Shown here: one piece after another, positions 1 through 13,593 of the stretch
How the letters are laid out: every line of letters begins with the position of its first letter
Position numbering within the stretch: the stretch's first letter is position 1
DNA from: Stegostoma tigrinum
Lineage: Eukaryota
NCBI RefSeq assembly: GCF_030684315.1
Contig: NC_081359.1
Span: 23,818,184 to 23,882,183, forward strand
Reading direction: 5' to 3'
DNA length: 64,000 nucleotides
Made by a program: the position numbers and the translations under genes
Notes under the pieces: model-generated
The model's database searches: none
What the model saw: the letters and a program-made list of their open reading frames with translations, nothing else
What the model was told of the DNA's origin: nothing

Positions 1-99
1 ACAGTAGAAAAGCACGCCTCATCCAGGCTGCTTTAGAATCTTGATTTCCATTGATCCAGAACTGATGAGTTTCCCTTCAGTTGCATAGATTCTAAGTTT

Positions 100-268
100 T
101 AGAATCCCCAATCAATGCTTTTCCACCTTTAAAACATAACTATTTTGACCAAGCTTTTGGCCATCTGAGCAAATTTCTCCTGAAGTGGCTCGGTGCCACA
201 TTTTGTTTTCTATGAACTTCCCCAAATTTCATTTGTCAAAGGGATGATATAAATTCATGTTGTTGTTG
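100..268 (+). mobile_element. L2 LINE 3' end remnant
   Basis: Contains ...tttgaccaagcttttggccatctg...gatataaattcatgttgttgttg, resembling L2-clade 3' tails; similar sequence recurs reversed near 3000, 28800, 34130, 49260 and 55400. Confidence 0.6.
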
Positions 269-1924
269 TAATATAATAGAAAAGCAGTAGCTAAAATAGA
301 TCCTCAGAAGTTACACTAAGTCCCTGGCATACTTTGACTCTGATCTTGGCGCACCTTTACCTGACCTTTGCGAACAGAAGCTTCAGAAGGTTTGGTCTTA
401 CTCACTGGGTACTCCCTTTGTGAATACCAGACCTTTTTTGCAGCTTCAGACGTACATATCTAATTCATGTCTGACTTTGCTCAGGTTTTTTTCTTTTTTT
501 TCCATCTAAGGGACAGCTACCACGGGTGATTTTCAAGCTGTGAGGCTGGTGTGACAGAAGTACACTCGAAGCATAACTTTGGAGGTGGGATGGCCAGGTA
601 GCTTACCTTCAACCTCAGAGACACTAGACCCAGCTACTAAAATCATTCTTATGCTCAGAGGTTTGGTTAAACCACATGTCTCCCCTCACCTACCCAATGT
701 CATGCACCTTCCATTGCATCTCATACACCACATGCCTCCAGGATTTGGGTTTGAATCTACAAACTTACCATTCAGTAGTGACAGTGCTAGCCAACTGAAC
801 TATCACATAATTCCCACAATTGTTGGAGTCAGATTTTGACTTCCCAATCCTGGCAGAAATCAGGTTGGGAAACCAAAATTGTGACTCTTCTCCCCCACAC
901 CATCAATTTCCCTCCACCTCCATGACTCCTCGCCACTTTTGCCTGGTATTTTTTATCCTGATCAAAGTCAGGAAGATTTTGGGTGCAAAGCACACTGGCC
1001 CTTGTTCTGACATCAGGGTCACCATTGTGAGTGTCACAGGAAACTTTAAATGCCCTTTCTTGTGTTCTTGCCCTGTGCTGGTGCAGGTTTTAGGAGCCCA
1101 AAAAAAAACTTCCTTGGTGTTGCCCTGTCTCAATAGACCCCTCTGAAAGGTTGAAGAGGGCCTTGACTTTGGGATGTGCATCTTATGAGCATCCACATTC
1201 CACATCCCCACATACACACTGCCCAGTACCAGCTCACCCAGTCAGGCTACTTACCTGTACAGGTCCACCCTTGCTATGTGTGAGAATTTCAGAGACAGAG
1301 TGAGGTACCCAAGGCCGAGTGAATTAATTGAAACCCCTCCACTCACTGTAATTGGGTTTGGCTAAGCATAAAGGCAATAGGAAGGTCACATACTATATTT
1401 TACTTCACCTGCCTTTAGATACTTGGATGGCCGTACAATCCAGTCCAGTGTTTCAGCGTGACAATGATCAAAATGCCGTCTGGCTTACTGAGTGTTTGCA
1501 TTTTTTTTTGTATTAGTTGCATTTAATTTGCTGACTCAAGGAGAAGAATGTTGCAAACTTAAAAGCAGCAGCTAAGGCAAAATGAATACCACACCTATAA
1601 TTTATGCTTGCCTGTAAAATGCAGATTATCTCACATGTTTTGCAATATGGCTGAATATGGATTTGCTGGCTTAGCAACTCTCAGTTAGCAGAGTCAGTCA
1701 TTTACTCATGCCAACAGAGTAAAGATGCGGCATGTAATTTAGTGGTTACACAGGAAAGAAACTGTTGCCGTGTGCATCATTGGCTGTAAAGCACAGCAAA
1801 GATGCAGTAATGACAATAGCAAACAAGTCTCCTTGGAGCAAAAAGTGGCTTTGTCACATTAACATAATGGAATGTTCCAAAATGTTGTCTCACTGACTTG
1901 TAGGATGAGGATGAGTTTTATGTA

Positions 1925-2174
1925 AAAGCCGAAAGAACTGCAGACGCTGTAAATCAGGAACAAAAATAGAAGTTGCTGGTAAAGCTCAGCAAATCTGGAA
2001 AAATTTTTGAAGAAAGAAAGAATCAGAGTTAACTTTTTAAATCTGGTGACCCTTCCTCAAAACTGAGACTCTTCTGAGGGAGGGCACTGGACCCGAAATG
2101 TTTATTCTGATTTTTCTTCACAGATGCTGCCAGACCTACTGAGCTTTTCCAGCAAATTTTGGTTTTGTTCCTGA
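1925..2174. mobile_element. Fold-back Penelope-terminus element (family C)
   Basis: Left arm aaatcaggaacaaaaatagaagttgctggtaaagctcagc is the reverse complement of right arm ctgagcttttccagcaaattttggttttgttcctgattt. Degenerate hammerhead-like core ctgagggagggcactggacccgaaatg. Flanked by ttttatgta at 1916-1924 and 2175-2183. Confidence 0.75.
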
Positions 2175-2974
2175 TTTTATGTAGTTACTTCTGTTTCAAG
2201 ATACTGATCTTTCTTCGAAACAGGTTCTTTCCTCCCACATCATGATCATTGTTAAAATATAGGCAGAATAAGCCGTCAAGAAATCATTATAAGCATGATA
2301 TTGGCAGAGTACAAAGTCACTAACTTCTTGTCATAGAAATGGAACAGTAGTACAAAATATTTAGTCCTCCTTTGATTTAAGCAGTAAAAATTGAAAAGAA
2401 AAAAAATTAAAATGTTTAAGCATGCAGCTATCTCTATAAAGAAAGTTTTAATTGATTGTCATATATTTTGAGAGTTTCAGTTTTGGATGAGCTCACTGCT
2501 AATTTCTCTTTAACAACCACTTGACAGGTAGAAATAAATCATAACACACAAAGAGTAAGGTACCCAACACAAGATCTTGACACTTGTGGTGAAAAAAATG
2601 TCAAAACGTCAATTTTATTTCTGATCATATTTAAAGCTGGAAAACTGAAGTAAATGTATTGTTGTGCTATTTTGTTGTAAGGACGATTGTACCTAAAAGT
2701 GGCACTAATGGATATTGACATATCCATTGGAACAGCAGCACCAATACATCAGGCAGCAAAGGTGACAGAAGTAAAGATTGTAACTGATGCCTCGAATGAC
2801 AATTTTGTAATTGGTTTTGTCGATGCAGTCGTCGTAAAATGAATGAAGTCAGATGTGATTCTCTTTCAACAGGTCTCCATCCTACCTGCATTACATTGAA
2901 TTTTCTACTCAAACATCTGCTAGCCAAAACAACTCCTGCACAAAATGTGCACAAGCATAAAATTAGCAGCAACA

Positions 2975-3330
2975 AGAGATTGCACTGACTTTGCCTCTGT
3001 AATGGTAAAAATCCCCCAAAGTGCTTCATACCAGTGTATTGGACATAATTTGACATTGAATTACACAAGGAGATATTGAGACTGAAGATCAATACCTTTG
3101 GGTTAATGAAATAGGTTTTGAAAGTCATCTTAGGAGGGAAGACAAAAGTAGTGAATCAAATGTTTAAGAATGGAATACCAACAAGTGACCTTGGTGAATG
3201 AAGGCATGGCTCTCAATGGTGATTCCAATCAAATATGAGCATGGGAGAATCAAAAGATAGAGTAAGTCTGAATCTAATTAGAATTAGACGAGGAGGGGTG
3301 AATCAGCTCTCATTTTTTTAACCCCCTCTG
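2975..3330 (-). mobile_element. L2 LINE 3' remnant
   Basis: aaagtgcttcata...aggagatattgag...aataggttttgaaagtcatcttaggaggga resembles the other minus-strand L2 tails in the window. Confidence 0.5.
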
Positions 3331-3679
3331 TTGATCACAACATAAGTTGAATTATTTTTTGCAAGCAGCTACATAATGCACTTCAAATGGAAAAACAGTA
3401 TCAAAAGTCAAAATCAGGGAGAGAACTATGCTTTCTTAAGTGAAACAAAGAAGCATTTCATTATTTTCTTACTCTGTGAAAAATGATAAAACATGACATC
3501 AGACTAACATATAAATGTTTAATGTATAACGCTTAATAAGAGGAAAATCTCTAATACAATTGAAAGATGTAAAATTTGCAGTTTAAGAAGTTTTTAGAGT
3601 CCTTCAGTTGATGTAGTTGAAAATGAGACTCCAGCTGTCCAGTTGGCTTCTTCATCGTCAAAAGTAATGACATTTCTAG

Positions 3680-3886
3680 GATAACAAGATGTAGAGCTGG
3701 ATGAACACAGCAGGCCAAGCAGCATCAGAGGAGCAGGAAAGCTGACATTTCAGGCCTTGACCCAAAGAAGGGTTGAGGCCCGAAACGTCAGCCTTCCTGC
3801 TCCTCTGATGCTGCTTGGCCTGCTGTGTTCATCCAGCTCTACGCCTTCTTATCTCAGATTCTCTACCATTTGCAGTTTCTACTATC
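3680..3886. mobile_element. Fold-back Penelope-terminus element (family A)
   Basis: About 85-bp inverted arms matching the 3' end of the PLE (25295-25380), plus a ~30-nt tail on the right arm. A 17-bp TSD aatgacatttctaggat lies at 3666-3682 and 3887-3903. Confidence 0.9.
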
Positions 3887-4650
3887 AATGACATTTCTAG
3901 GATCTTTGTGTCCTTGGTGAATTGACATTTCTGCCTTTATTTTATCACCAATGCTGTCTTTCTATGATGAACAGATATAGGCAGAATTTTCCAGTCCTTT
4001 ACAATGCAACTTCCATTTCTTCTCTCTGTTGTTGTGCCTATATGCTGAAATATGCTGTAAAAACTGAAAGAACTGCAGATGCTGCAAATCAGGAACAAAA
4101 ATGGAAGTTTAAAGCTTAATTTGTGGATTGCTGAGTCTGGTTCCATTGTCTTTTCAAGTTCGCGCGATGCGGGCAATACTTCCATGTCAAATATGTACAA
4201 CTTCTCACACAAGTACAAAGTAAAACAGCAGATGTAAGATTTTGACATTCAACTCAAGTGACTGGTTTCTGAGTCTTTTGAAAGAAGGTGATCATTTCAC
4301 TTTGATGATTTTGTTCATTCTACATGAGTTTCCTGAACTTCCCCACTCTGTGATTGGGTGATCACTGTGACCATTTTAGGTCCAAATTTCTTCCTTTTTA
4401 AACCATTTGGGTTCATGACGCCTCAGGCACTAAAATCAGATGATAGAAGTTGAAAAGTAATAGCCTATATTTTGCCACTATCTGGGCAACAAGAATGAGA
4501 ATTTTAAAATTATGACATTGCTGACCTGGGACCCAGTGCAAATGATTACAAAGAGAGTTATACCTTTGTGTTATTGAATAGCTATGGAAAATGTGTGAAG
4601 GGAATTGAGTCATAAGAATGTCAGACCTTGATGTGGACTGCAGCAGAAGA

Positions 4651-4730
4651 CAACTCAAGGGCAACTAGGGTTAGGCAAGAAATGCTGGCCAGTCAGCGAT
4701 GTCCACATCCTACAAATGAATAGATAAGAA
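4651..4730 (+). mobile_element. 3' tip of CR1-like LINE (family 2)
   Basis: caagggcaactagggttaggcaagaaatgctggcc...cacatcctacaaatgaa is the reverse complement of the element end at about 29680-29740 and 30013-30025. Confidence 0.65.
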
Positions 4731-4984
4731 AAGGTCATGTAGGATTGAAGCTTACAGTTACAAGGGTCCAGATAAAATATGTTCACTCACTGTCATCTCT
4801 TTCTGTTAAGTTCAACAAAGCTTGTTGGTCCTACTCACAAGATTGTAGACCTCGCATTGTTATATTGTTGGGACTGGTAAACAAACAGAATCGTAGGCAA
4901 GTAGGAGTAAGAGCCAGAAGTGAAACCCAGTGACAGTCTTGTGTTATGGATAATCCTGGCAATCTGAACTTAGAGGTAGGACAG

Positions 4985-5820
4985 ATATAGATTCGTACAG
5001 CTTGGAAACAGATGTGTCAGCCCAACTCATTGATACCAACCAGATATCCTAAACTGATCTAATCCAATTTGCCAACATTTGGCCCATATCGCTTTAAACT
5101 CTTCCTATTCACGTACCCATCCAGGTACCTTTTAAATGTTATAATTGTACCAGCCTCCACCACTTTTTCTAGTAGCTCATTCCCTACACGCGCCACCCTC
5201 TGTGTGAAAAAGTTGCCCCTCAGGTCCCTTTAAAGCCTTTCCCCTTCTACCTTAATGCTATGCTGTCTAGTTTTGGGCTTCACTGACCTAGAAAAATACC
5301 TTGGCTATTCACCATATCCATGCCCCTCATGATTTTATAAACCTTTGTAAGATCACACCTCAGCCTCTCATGTCCCGGAGAAAAAGAACTGCCTAACCAG
5401 CATCTCCCTATAGCTTGAACTTTCCAATCCCAGCAACAATCTTGTACAACTTTTCTGAACCCTTTCAAGTTTAACAACATCTCTCCTTAAACAGGGAGAC
5501 AAGAACTGAACACAATATTCTAAAAGTGTCCTCGCCAATGTCCTTTACAGCTGCAAGATGACATCCCGACTCTTTTAGCCAATGCTCTGACCAATGAAGG
5601 CAAGCATTCCAAAGACCTTCTTCACCACAGTGTCAACTTGTGACTCCACTTTCAAGAAACAATGCATCTGCACCCCTAATTCTCTTTGTTGAGCAACACT
5701 TCCAAGGAGTCTACCATTAAAGTGCACAAGTCCTGCTTTGGTTTGCCTTATCAAAATGCATCATCTCACATTTATCTAAATTAAGCATCAGTGCTACTCT
5801 GGCCCATCAGATCAGGGTCC
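4985..5820 (-). mobile_element. CR1 LINE 3' fragment
   Basis: The minus strand gives CR1 ORF2 C-terminal peptide RLRCDLTKVYKIMRGMDMV and a CR1-type 3' UTR. Confidence 0.85.
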
Positions 5821-7326
5821 CTGAAGCAAAAGTGAGTGAGGGCCAGAAAGTGACAGATATTGGAGCTGACCTAACCTAGCAAACTGCAGAATGGGAAAGC
5901 CCAAATAGAAGTTAAAAGAAACACGGGGAAAGACCCAAGGTAGCGTTACATGGAAAGTCACTACGCAAAATCAGGCAGCCAGAATGAGTAAAACATTACT
6001 GAAAATACAAGAAACATACATGCATAGGCAAGTAATGAATTCCCTGAAAATCAATGAATTGCAAGCATTTAAGGAAACAAGCAAGGAACGCAAGTGGCAG
6101 GAATCAAACCCACTCAGTTTTGTAAAGTGTCATGACAGAAATGAGAGCCCATGGCATGGCTGCGATGGCAGCAAAGAGAATTAAACACTGAGTAGTGTTA
6201 ATGCACATCCCAGAAGTAGGAGACATAAGGGCATGATGTTGACATGAAATTTTTTTGAAAGAGATTTTCCTGAAATGGTCTTCACTGCTGTTCTGTTCAA
6301 TTCTTCATAAGCACCATAATTAAGAATCAGTTTCTATCAGAGCTGCCATTGCAGACCACAACCTTCCAAGGATATGACAAATGAACATGTATGTATTTGA
6401 TTTCCTCCGAGGAAGCTGAGTACAGCAAAAAGAGAATTTCTGCGTTGGCTGGGTTTAGAAGTGGAATATAGATTTAAGTGTTCATGGTCAAATGTTAATG
6501 GCAAATGGGAAGTCCTTAAAAGAAACTGGGTCAGATATAGAGTGAAGGGAATAATACCTTGATTCTAAGGATTGCTGGTGAGTATGTGTGAAAAGAATTG
6601 TGTCACTGCAACATTAAGTCACAGGAACTAATGCTGAGTCCATGTAGTTCCACATATTCATCCTCTCTTACTATTCTCTGTATACAACAATAGACATACA
6701 AATTTAGCCCATTCAGCTCCTCAATCCTGCTTCATTGTTCAATAACATTTTGGCTGACCTGTTTGGGTTTTGAATTATACATTTCCATCTACTCCTGGTA
6801 GCCTTTTGTTTCCTACGTAAGTGAAACTTATACACCTCTGTCCCAATTGACCCTGCCTCCAATTCTGAGAGTTGCAAAGTCATACAACCCATCTAAGAGA
6901 AAAAAAAATTCTGTCCAGAAAGGGCGGACTCTAATTTTTAAACAACGTCTGTTGCTATTCACTCACAAGAGTTACATTATCACAGTGAAAACAGGTGCAC
7001 TGTGATGGAAGAATGGGATCATATGATTCAGAAAATGAGAGGCAGAATAATAGATAAATTCAAACTTTTGTGGGATAGAAGGTGAGGGCTGGCCAAGGCA
7101 GCATGTAGAGATTAATTTTGTGGACAGAACAGAGTTGGTGAATGAGTTTGTCATGTCAAAGCCAGGTACATGAGAGTTCTGCTCCCAGAGGGTAGTGAGC
7201 CTCTAGAACGTATTGCTGACTGGCCAGTACTAACTCTCTACATTGCCTTAAAGACTGAAATAGACCAGATCTTGACTGAGGGAAAAGGAGAAAAATCAAA
7301 CAAGAAACAGCAGATGTTTGAAGAAT

Positions 7327-7627
7327 GGTGGTGTGGTGACCCATTGGTTAGCACTACACCTCGCAGCACCAGGAGCCCGATTTCGATTCCACCCTCGGGT
7401 GAGTGCCTATGCGGAGTTTGCATGTTCTATCCATGTCTGCATGGGCTTCCTGTGGATGCTCAAGTTTCCTCCAACAGTCCAAAGATGTGCAGGTCAGGTA
7501 GATTTGCAACGGGAAATACAGGGTTACAGAGATAGGGTGGGGAACTGGGTCTGGATGGGATGCTCTTCAGAGGGTTGATGTTGATTCAATAGGTTGAATG
7601 GCCTGCTGCCACAATGCAGGGATTCTG
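7327..7627 (+). mobile_element. HE1-type V-SINE (tRNA-derived, CR1 tail)
   Basis: tRNA-like head (tggttagcact...ttcgattcc), V-domain (gagtttgcatgttct...tttcctccaacagtccaaagatgtgcaggt) and CR1-like tail (gaatggcctgctgccaca...gggattct). Confidence 0.85.
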
Positions 7628-7632
7628 TAATC

Positions 7633-7735
7633 TAAAACAAAAACAGAAATTGCAGGAGAAAATCAGCAGGTTTGGCAGCATCTGCAGAGAGAAAGCAGAG
7701 TTAATGTTTTGAGCCAGTGACCTTTCTTCAGAATG
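7633..7735 (-). mobile_element. Penelope terminus, single arm (family C)
   Basis: aaaacagaaattgcaggag...gcagcatctgc...cagagttaatgttttgagccagtgacctttcttcagaa matches the end of the PLE at 36085-36150. Confidence 0.75.
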
Positions 7736-9029
7736 ACACCATGATGTGGGGAGGTGTGATGGACCAGCTTGCTTGGCTGTTAATGCCTCCATGTTCTACA
7801 CCATTACACACTGTACATAACCACAGGAGAAGCTGCTGCATAATTGAGGTAATCAATTATATGAGAAAAAAAGCACCTGGCTACCACTTCAAATGTTATT
7901 TTTCAAGAAAACATCCTCGAATTGCTTTAAATTGACAACCCAGGAACAATAAAAAAAAGAGAGTTTATTATGCTTTATCAATGTATTCATACTCACACTG
8001 GTATGCAACCACATATTGCACCAGAGGAACATCAAGATACTGATGAGCATACCTGCATTACATCAAAATGTGATCAAACGTAAATAGGATAATAGTTATC
8101 CAGAGCCAAATTGTTGTTAAGACTTCTTCACTAAAATTATTACGAACTCCCCTCTTGAGGCTAAATCTTGGCAGTGGTATTTTTGATTGTCAATTATTAT
8201 CTTGTTGTCTGAATGATTTTTCACAAATGTGCCTGAGAAAATAAACAGAAAACCATGTTTAATAATTATTCTATTTTATGGCCCTATGAGAGTTCATATC
8301 AGGCATGAAACACTACCCGTTAGAAGATCCCCAGTGTTTAAGCTTCAATTTAAAATCATGAACAGCTTTCATAGAGTAATAAGAAGAAAATTTTCATCCA
8401 CAGAAAGTCTGGCAATGAGCCTCCAAAATCTATTTTGTGAATGGTGACTTTCTAGCTGCTTTATCTCTACTGCTTTCCTCTCTAAAATTACTCTTTCTGC
8501 AAAGCCTCTCACTACCTCTCCTTGCTCTTCCCCTTGATTTCATGCTGCCTCCTCTACTGATTCCCCCTGTCTCTGCCTGCTTGCCTAACTTTTGACCACT
8601 TTTTGTACTTCTGTTCCCTTTCTGTTACTTTGTCTCTCTGAACACTTCAGACTCAGCTATCCTACTCCCAGCTACTATCTATTGTTGTTCACCAACAGGC
8701 CTCTAGGCTGCAATCTTGTGCTTATCCTGGTCATAATATGTCTCATCTGAGGCAGCCATGGAGCCACCGAGGATAGTATGAATGAGCAAGACCTCTGAAC
8801 CACAGAAAACAAACTCTCACGAAAACAAGAGGATGACGTCACTAAAATTAAGTGATAGGATTTTAAATAAAGGATTGATATCCTTAAGAATCAACGTTAA
8901 AAGTGGAGATAACTTCTGTAGAGCTTTTTAAAAACGAAACATTTTCTAACAGACTTGTTCAGAGATGCTACTACACAGCTCTAGAACAAATGGGACTTGA
9001 ATTCAAGACTCCGTGGTCAGACCCCTGTG

Positions 9030-9270
9030 GGCCAGTGGGTAGGAAGTGGGGGAGAAGGAGCAGAATGGAGAGGAGGGGTGGAGGAGGAGAGATGGGGAGA
9101 GGATAGAAGTGGGAAGATAATCAACAGGATGAGAAGAGGTGAAGGGAAGGAGGAGTAAGAGAGAAGGCAGAGATGATAGACAGGAAAAAAGTGAGTGGAG
9201 ATGTGAATAGGGGATGGAAGGAGAGGTGGTGGTAGAGGTGGGAAGGGTGCAGGGAGAGCAATTGAGGAGT
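9030..9270 (+). repeat. Purine-rich (GGA/GAG) low-complexity tract
   Basis: Strongly G/A-biased for about 240 bp. Confidence 0.7.
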
Positions 9271-10199
9271 GGATGACCAAGCTCAGATAAGGCTGGTACC
9301 CCAAAGACTGGGGTGGGTTGCTGTGCTCAGCAGTGGCCAGCCTTATCATGTGCTGGCTGGTCCTATGGGCAGTGATGACCACTGATGAGGACACTGGCAG
9401 TCCTGACATGTGGTCTAGGGCCTGGTGGATGATGTCATCCTTAGTGCAGAGCAACATGGAGAGAGGCCGCAATTTGGAAACTGTGGAGTGGCCTCACATT
9501 TAAGAGGGAGCGGTCTCACCAAAATGGTGTAAATTTGGTCAGGCAAAGTACTGCAGTGTGGTAGACAACTTTAATCCAAAGCTTGAGAAAGTTACTAAGA
9601 TTTCCAGTTTTAGTTATGTAGCAACATTAAACTGAAAAAAATGTTAAAAGGGGCAATTTTCAATGCAGACTCCCCAGCGCTGTGAATGAACTCTTTCCCT
9701 CAATAAGATGTTCTCACTTTGCCCACCCGAGTGAACTTCAGAGATCTTCAGAAAATATGAGGATGCATTAAGTTTGAAGACCAGCAGGATTATTGCTTCA
9801 ACTGAGCAAGTAACAGATGCACAGTTGTAAATAAATAGCTTGCCATCTCTAAAGATTTGTACTCCAATTGAACATAGAAATTGGTATATCGGAGTTGATT
9901 TGCTAACACACAGATGTTTCCACTGCCTGTTTTAACCCTTCCAACTTACCCAAATGCACACATTCCGGTTGATTATAGTCAACTACGATTTTGTAAAATT
10001 ATTAAACAAGTGTTAGCAATGAGTAAATTGAGCAAGATAGCAACAGTGTATTGCTACAATTACGTTGTTTATAAAGTTATTAGATTTTGAGATTGCAACA
10101 TTAAGTTGTAGGTAAATGAAAATAATTAGTGTCTGCCAAACTGTAATCCTCAAAGGGAAAGTTAGAGATCAAAGGAAAACTTCATGAATAGCAAAGGTC

Positions 10200-10515
10200 T
10201 TTCTCTAGTGTAGAGGAGTTTAAAACTAGAGGGCATTATTTTAAGATGAGAGGAGAAAGATTTAAAAGGGACTTGAGGGGCTACTTTTTCACATAGAGGA
10301 TGGTTCATATGTGAAACCTGCTGCCAGATGAAGTGGTAGATGCAGGTGAAGTTACAAAATTTAAAGGACATTTGAACAAGTACAGGAATAGGAAATGTTG
10401 AGGTGGATATGGGCCAAACACAGACAAGTGGGATTAGTTTACTTTGGGAAACGTGGGCATCATAGATGAGTTGGACTAAAGGATCTGCTTCTATATTGTA
10501 TAATTCTATTAATCT
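10200..10515 (+). mobile_element. CR1 LINE 3' fragment
   Basis: aaaactagagggcat...gaggagaaagatttaaaagggacttgaggggc...tggactaaaggatctgcttc is a CR1 ORF2 end plus 3' UTR. Confidence 0.8.
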
Positions 10516-10779
10516 AAGATAACAAGGTATAGAGCTGGATGAATTGCTTTACTCGGAAGTAGTTGCAAGATGTTTTCACTTAGAGACAATAACACAGTCT
10601 CTGACTTTAATATGAATAAGGCCCTGTGTCTCCCATGGTGCCTGAAAGGTATGGTTGACATCAGATTGTGATTAGTTGTGCTGTGAACTATCTATTGACT
10701 TGAAAGATGAATGGGAAGTTGAGGTCAAGAATAGATATTTAGCATTTCTACTGAAGTCAAGATTCACACGTTTCACATT

Positions 10780-11396
10780 ACCATGACGAAGAAGGCAGAG
10801 AAAAACATTTTGGGATTATTTTCCAGTTCTCGACAAATGCTTAAATATTTCAGTCAGATAGCAGAGATTCTGTGCAGTCCTCAGAGAAAAAAGGCTGCTT
10901 GATTTTATTAGGTTCCATTGCTGGTTGTTTCCAGTTGAGATACTTTGGACAGTTTGCGATGGATTTCAGAAGCTCCATTTTACCACAGAAAGAGGAAGAA
11001 GAATTGCCAGAATAGGCTTTCCTGCTCATGGTGGATTTGAGAAACTCACTGAAGACTGAGAGAAAAGTGCTGAGATGGTCACTAAAAGTTATTGTTTGGT
11101 GAAGTAGAGATATGGGAACCATTGGAAGCTGTAAACAACTGTGGACATTTTTTTAAAGGATTGCATTTCCATGGGGAGTTTGGAAGATGTTAAGTATGCA
11201 AGTGGAGTGTTACTTGCTGTGGTTAAAATATAAACTGTCTGCAAAAAGACAATAGAGTTTAGTCGATAATTTTTTTTTTGTCATTTGTTCCAGTGAACGT
11301 ATTGAGACATGAAATTGCCATGTCATTCTGTTAGCTGGGGGCTGGGAATTTTTATTTCTTCTTCAGAGTTGTCAATCTCCACGGGAATCGTAAACA
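10780..11396 (+). mobile_element. Possible degenerate solo LTR
   Basis: The segment ends ...gggaatcgtaaaca, similar in style to the ...cataaca end at 20065. The left boundary is uncertain. Confidence 0.35.
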
Positions 11397-12848
11397 CTTA
11401 CTTCCCAAGGAAAGTCTTTTATCCACCTCCTCAAGCGAAAGCAAAATGAGTCACAAAATAAAGCTTATACCACATTTTGTGAATAAGTTTTATAAATGCG
11501 ACCTTTTTCTTCAACTAATTTTCTATGACCAGCAGATTTTATGAGGTGATCTTATCTTTACCTGTGAAATTTCTATTGGTTTAATTATCTTCTAATAACT
11601 TTTGAGTAGTTTTGGTATTTAAGTATGCTTTCAGTGGTGCAGTGATCCATTTTATAACTGACAGTAAGGCGCAAAATAATTGGATGCCAACCAGTTAGCT
11701 GAATAAATGCCAGTTTTCTTCTTGCTCAAAGTCACCTTGGTATCTCTGCACAGATTTAGAGTTTGAAAAGCTGTTTGAAGCATGTTGGCAGTATTTTATC
11801 AAACGTAAGTTTTGTCTAGGATTTTCAAATCATAATCCTCTTTTTGTAAGACAGTCTGTGTGCATTGTGGTCAAAGGCATGGTCATTAACCGAATATAAA
11901 TAAGTAGCATGGTAGGTGAATGAATGTCTGTAACAAGTGTCATCAGACAACATCAGCATAAATCTCTCTGCCTAAGATAAACAGAAGTTCTATCCTTGAA
12001 TTGTACTCATGAGACTGAAAGTAGGTGGGAAACAGGCTGTTGTCATCTCACATCTGGCAGAAGAGAGGGAGAGAGATGAAAAATATTTTATTTTCAAAAC
12101 AGAATTGCAAAGTTTCTTAAATGGGGGGAAAATGAAAACTTAAGGGGAAGGATCAGTAAAATGAGACCAGTTAGATAGCCCATTGAAAGAGGACTACAAG
12201 TCAAATGAACCCTGCTGTCTACTTACACTCTGTGATTCAACTTCATTGTGACAGTTGCAAACAGAGAATGATGTTAAATATTGAGCATTGGGGGTAATAA
12301 AGTTGTAATATGCAAAGCCACACCATCCCATTCCCTTGTCCACCTAAAATATTTCTGACAAGGCTAACGGTAAGCATGATGCACCCATTTGAAATTGGAG
12401 GGAATAACAATGGATTTTCTGACCAACTGGATCATTCCCACCAACACAATAAGCACAAAACGACCATGAATCAGCTTGATATACAAATCAGCTCTTTCAC
12501 ACAGTGCAATGTGGTCTAGCCAGCAAACCACGATAAAATGCAGCAGCAGCAAGGATGACAGCATTTTTCATGGTTAATTTCACAAAATTGAGCTGTGATT
12601 CAAATTCTTGGATTTTTAATTTGAAACACACTAAGTAGGATCATAGATAACAGAAGGCCATTTGGCCCTTTGTCTCAGTTTCAGCTTTTTGGTGCATCTG
12701 TATGGTCAATACCAATTCTCTGCTTGATTTCCAAGTATTCAAATTATTTTCAAATGTTTATCCAAGTTCTTTTTGGAACTTAAAATTGAATTGACTTCCA
12801 CCATTCTCTCAGGCAGTGTATTTCAGTTCATAAAAACTCATTGTGTAA

Positions 12849-12989
12849 GAGATAACACAGTGTGGAGCTGGAGGAACACAGCAGGCCAGGCAGCATCAGA
12901 GGACTAAGGTAGGCAGTGGTGGGAATTGGTCAGTGAGTTGGGAGAAGCGAATAGGTGGGAGAGAAGATAGAAAGGTTGCGTCAGGTCAA
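12849..12989 (-). mobile_element. Penelope terminus fragment (family A-like) inside an old CR1
   Basis: gagataacacagtgtggagctggaggaacacagcaggccaggcagcatcagagg followed by the complement of PLE 3' UTR sequence; tgtgt occurs on both sides. Confidence 0.7.
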
Positions 12990-13466
12990 TGTGTTTCTTT
13001 GTTTCAGTTCTGTTTTTTTTGGCCAATTGCCTTAACTCTGTGTGCCTGTCTTCCAACTGTTCTGTTATGGAAACAGTTTCTTCTCATTTCTGACCTTCTC
13101 TCTGGAGAATATGAGTGTCAGTTGCATCTAATATGAATTAGGAGCAGGTGCCTATTCAGTAATATCAGGGCTGCTCTGACTGCTTCACAATTCTGCTCAA
13201 CTCTGATAACCATTTGCCCCTTGTTTATCAAACATTTATCAACATGGCCCTTAGACAGATTCAAAAACTCTGCTTCCATCATCTCTTGAGGAAGAGGATT
13301 TTAAAACTTTATGGCCCTCATCTCTGACCTAAATGGGTGACCCCTTTGGAGACAGTGATCCCTCTTTCTCAAATCTCCACAGCAGAAAACATTCTTTCCA
13401 TTTGCATCCTGTCAGGACCCCTCAGGATTATTACATGTTAACCAAGTAGCCTCTTACTCTTCTAAA

Positions 13467-13593
13467 GGGATGATATGGATGATAATGGAATAGTGTAAGT
13501 TAGATGGCCTTCAGATTGGTTTCACAGGTTGGCGCAACATCGAGGGCCGAAGGGCCTGTACTGCACTGTAATGTTCTATGTTCTATGTTCTAT
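13467..13593 (+). mobile_element. Young CR1 3' tip with (GTTCTAT)n tail, nested in an older CR1 (~13137-13640, minus)
   Basis: gggccgaagggcctgtactgcactgtaatgttctatgttctatgttctat; related to the copies at 17385 and 45503. Confidence 0.85.
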
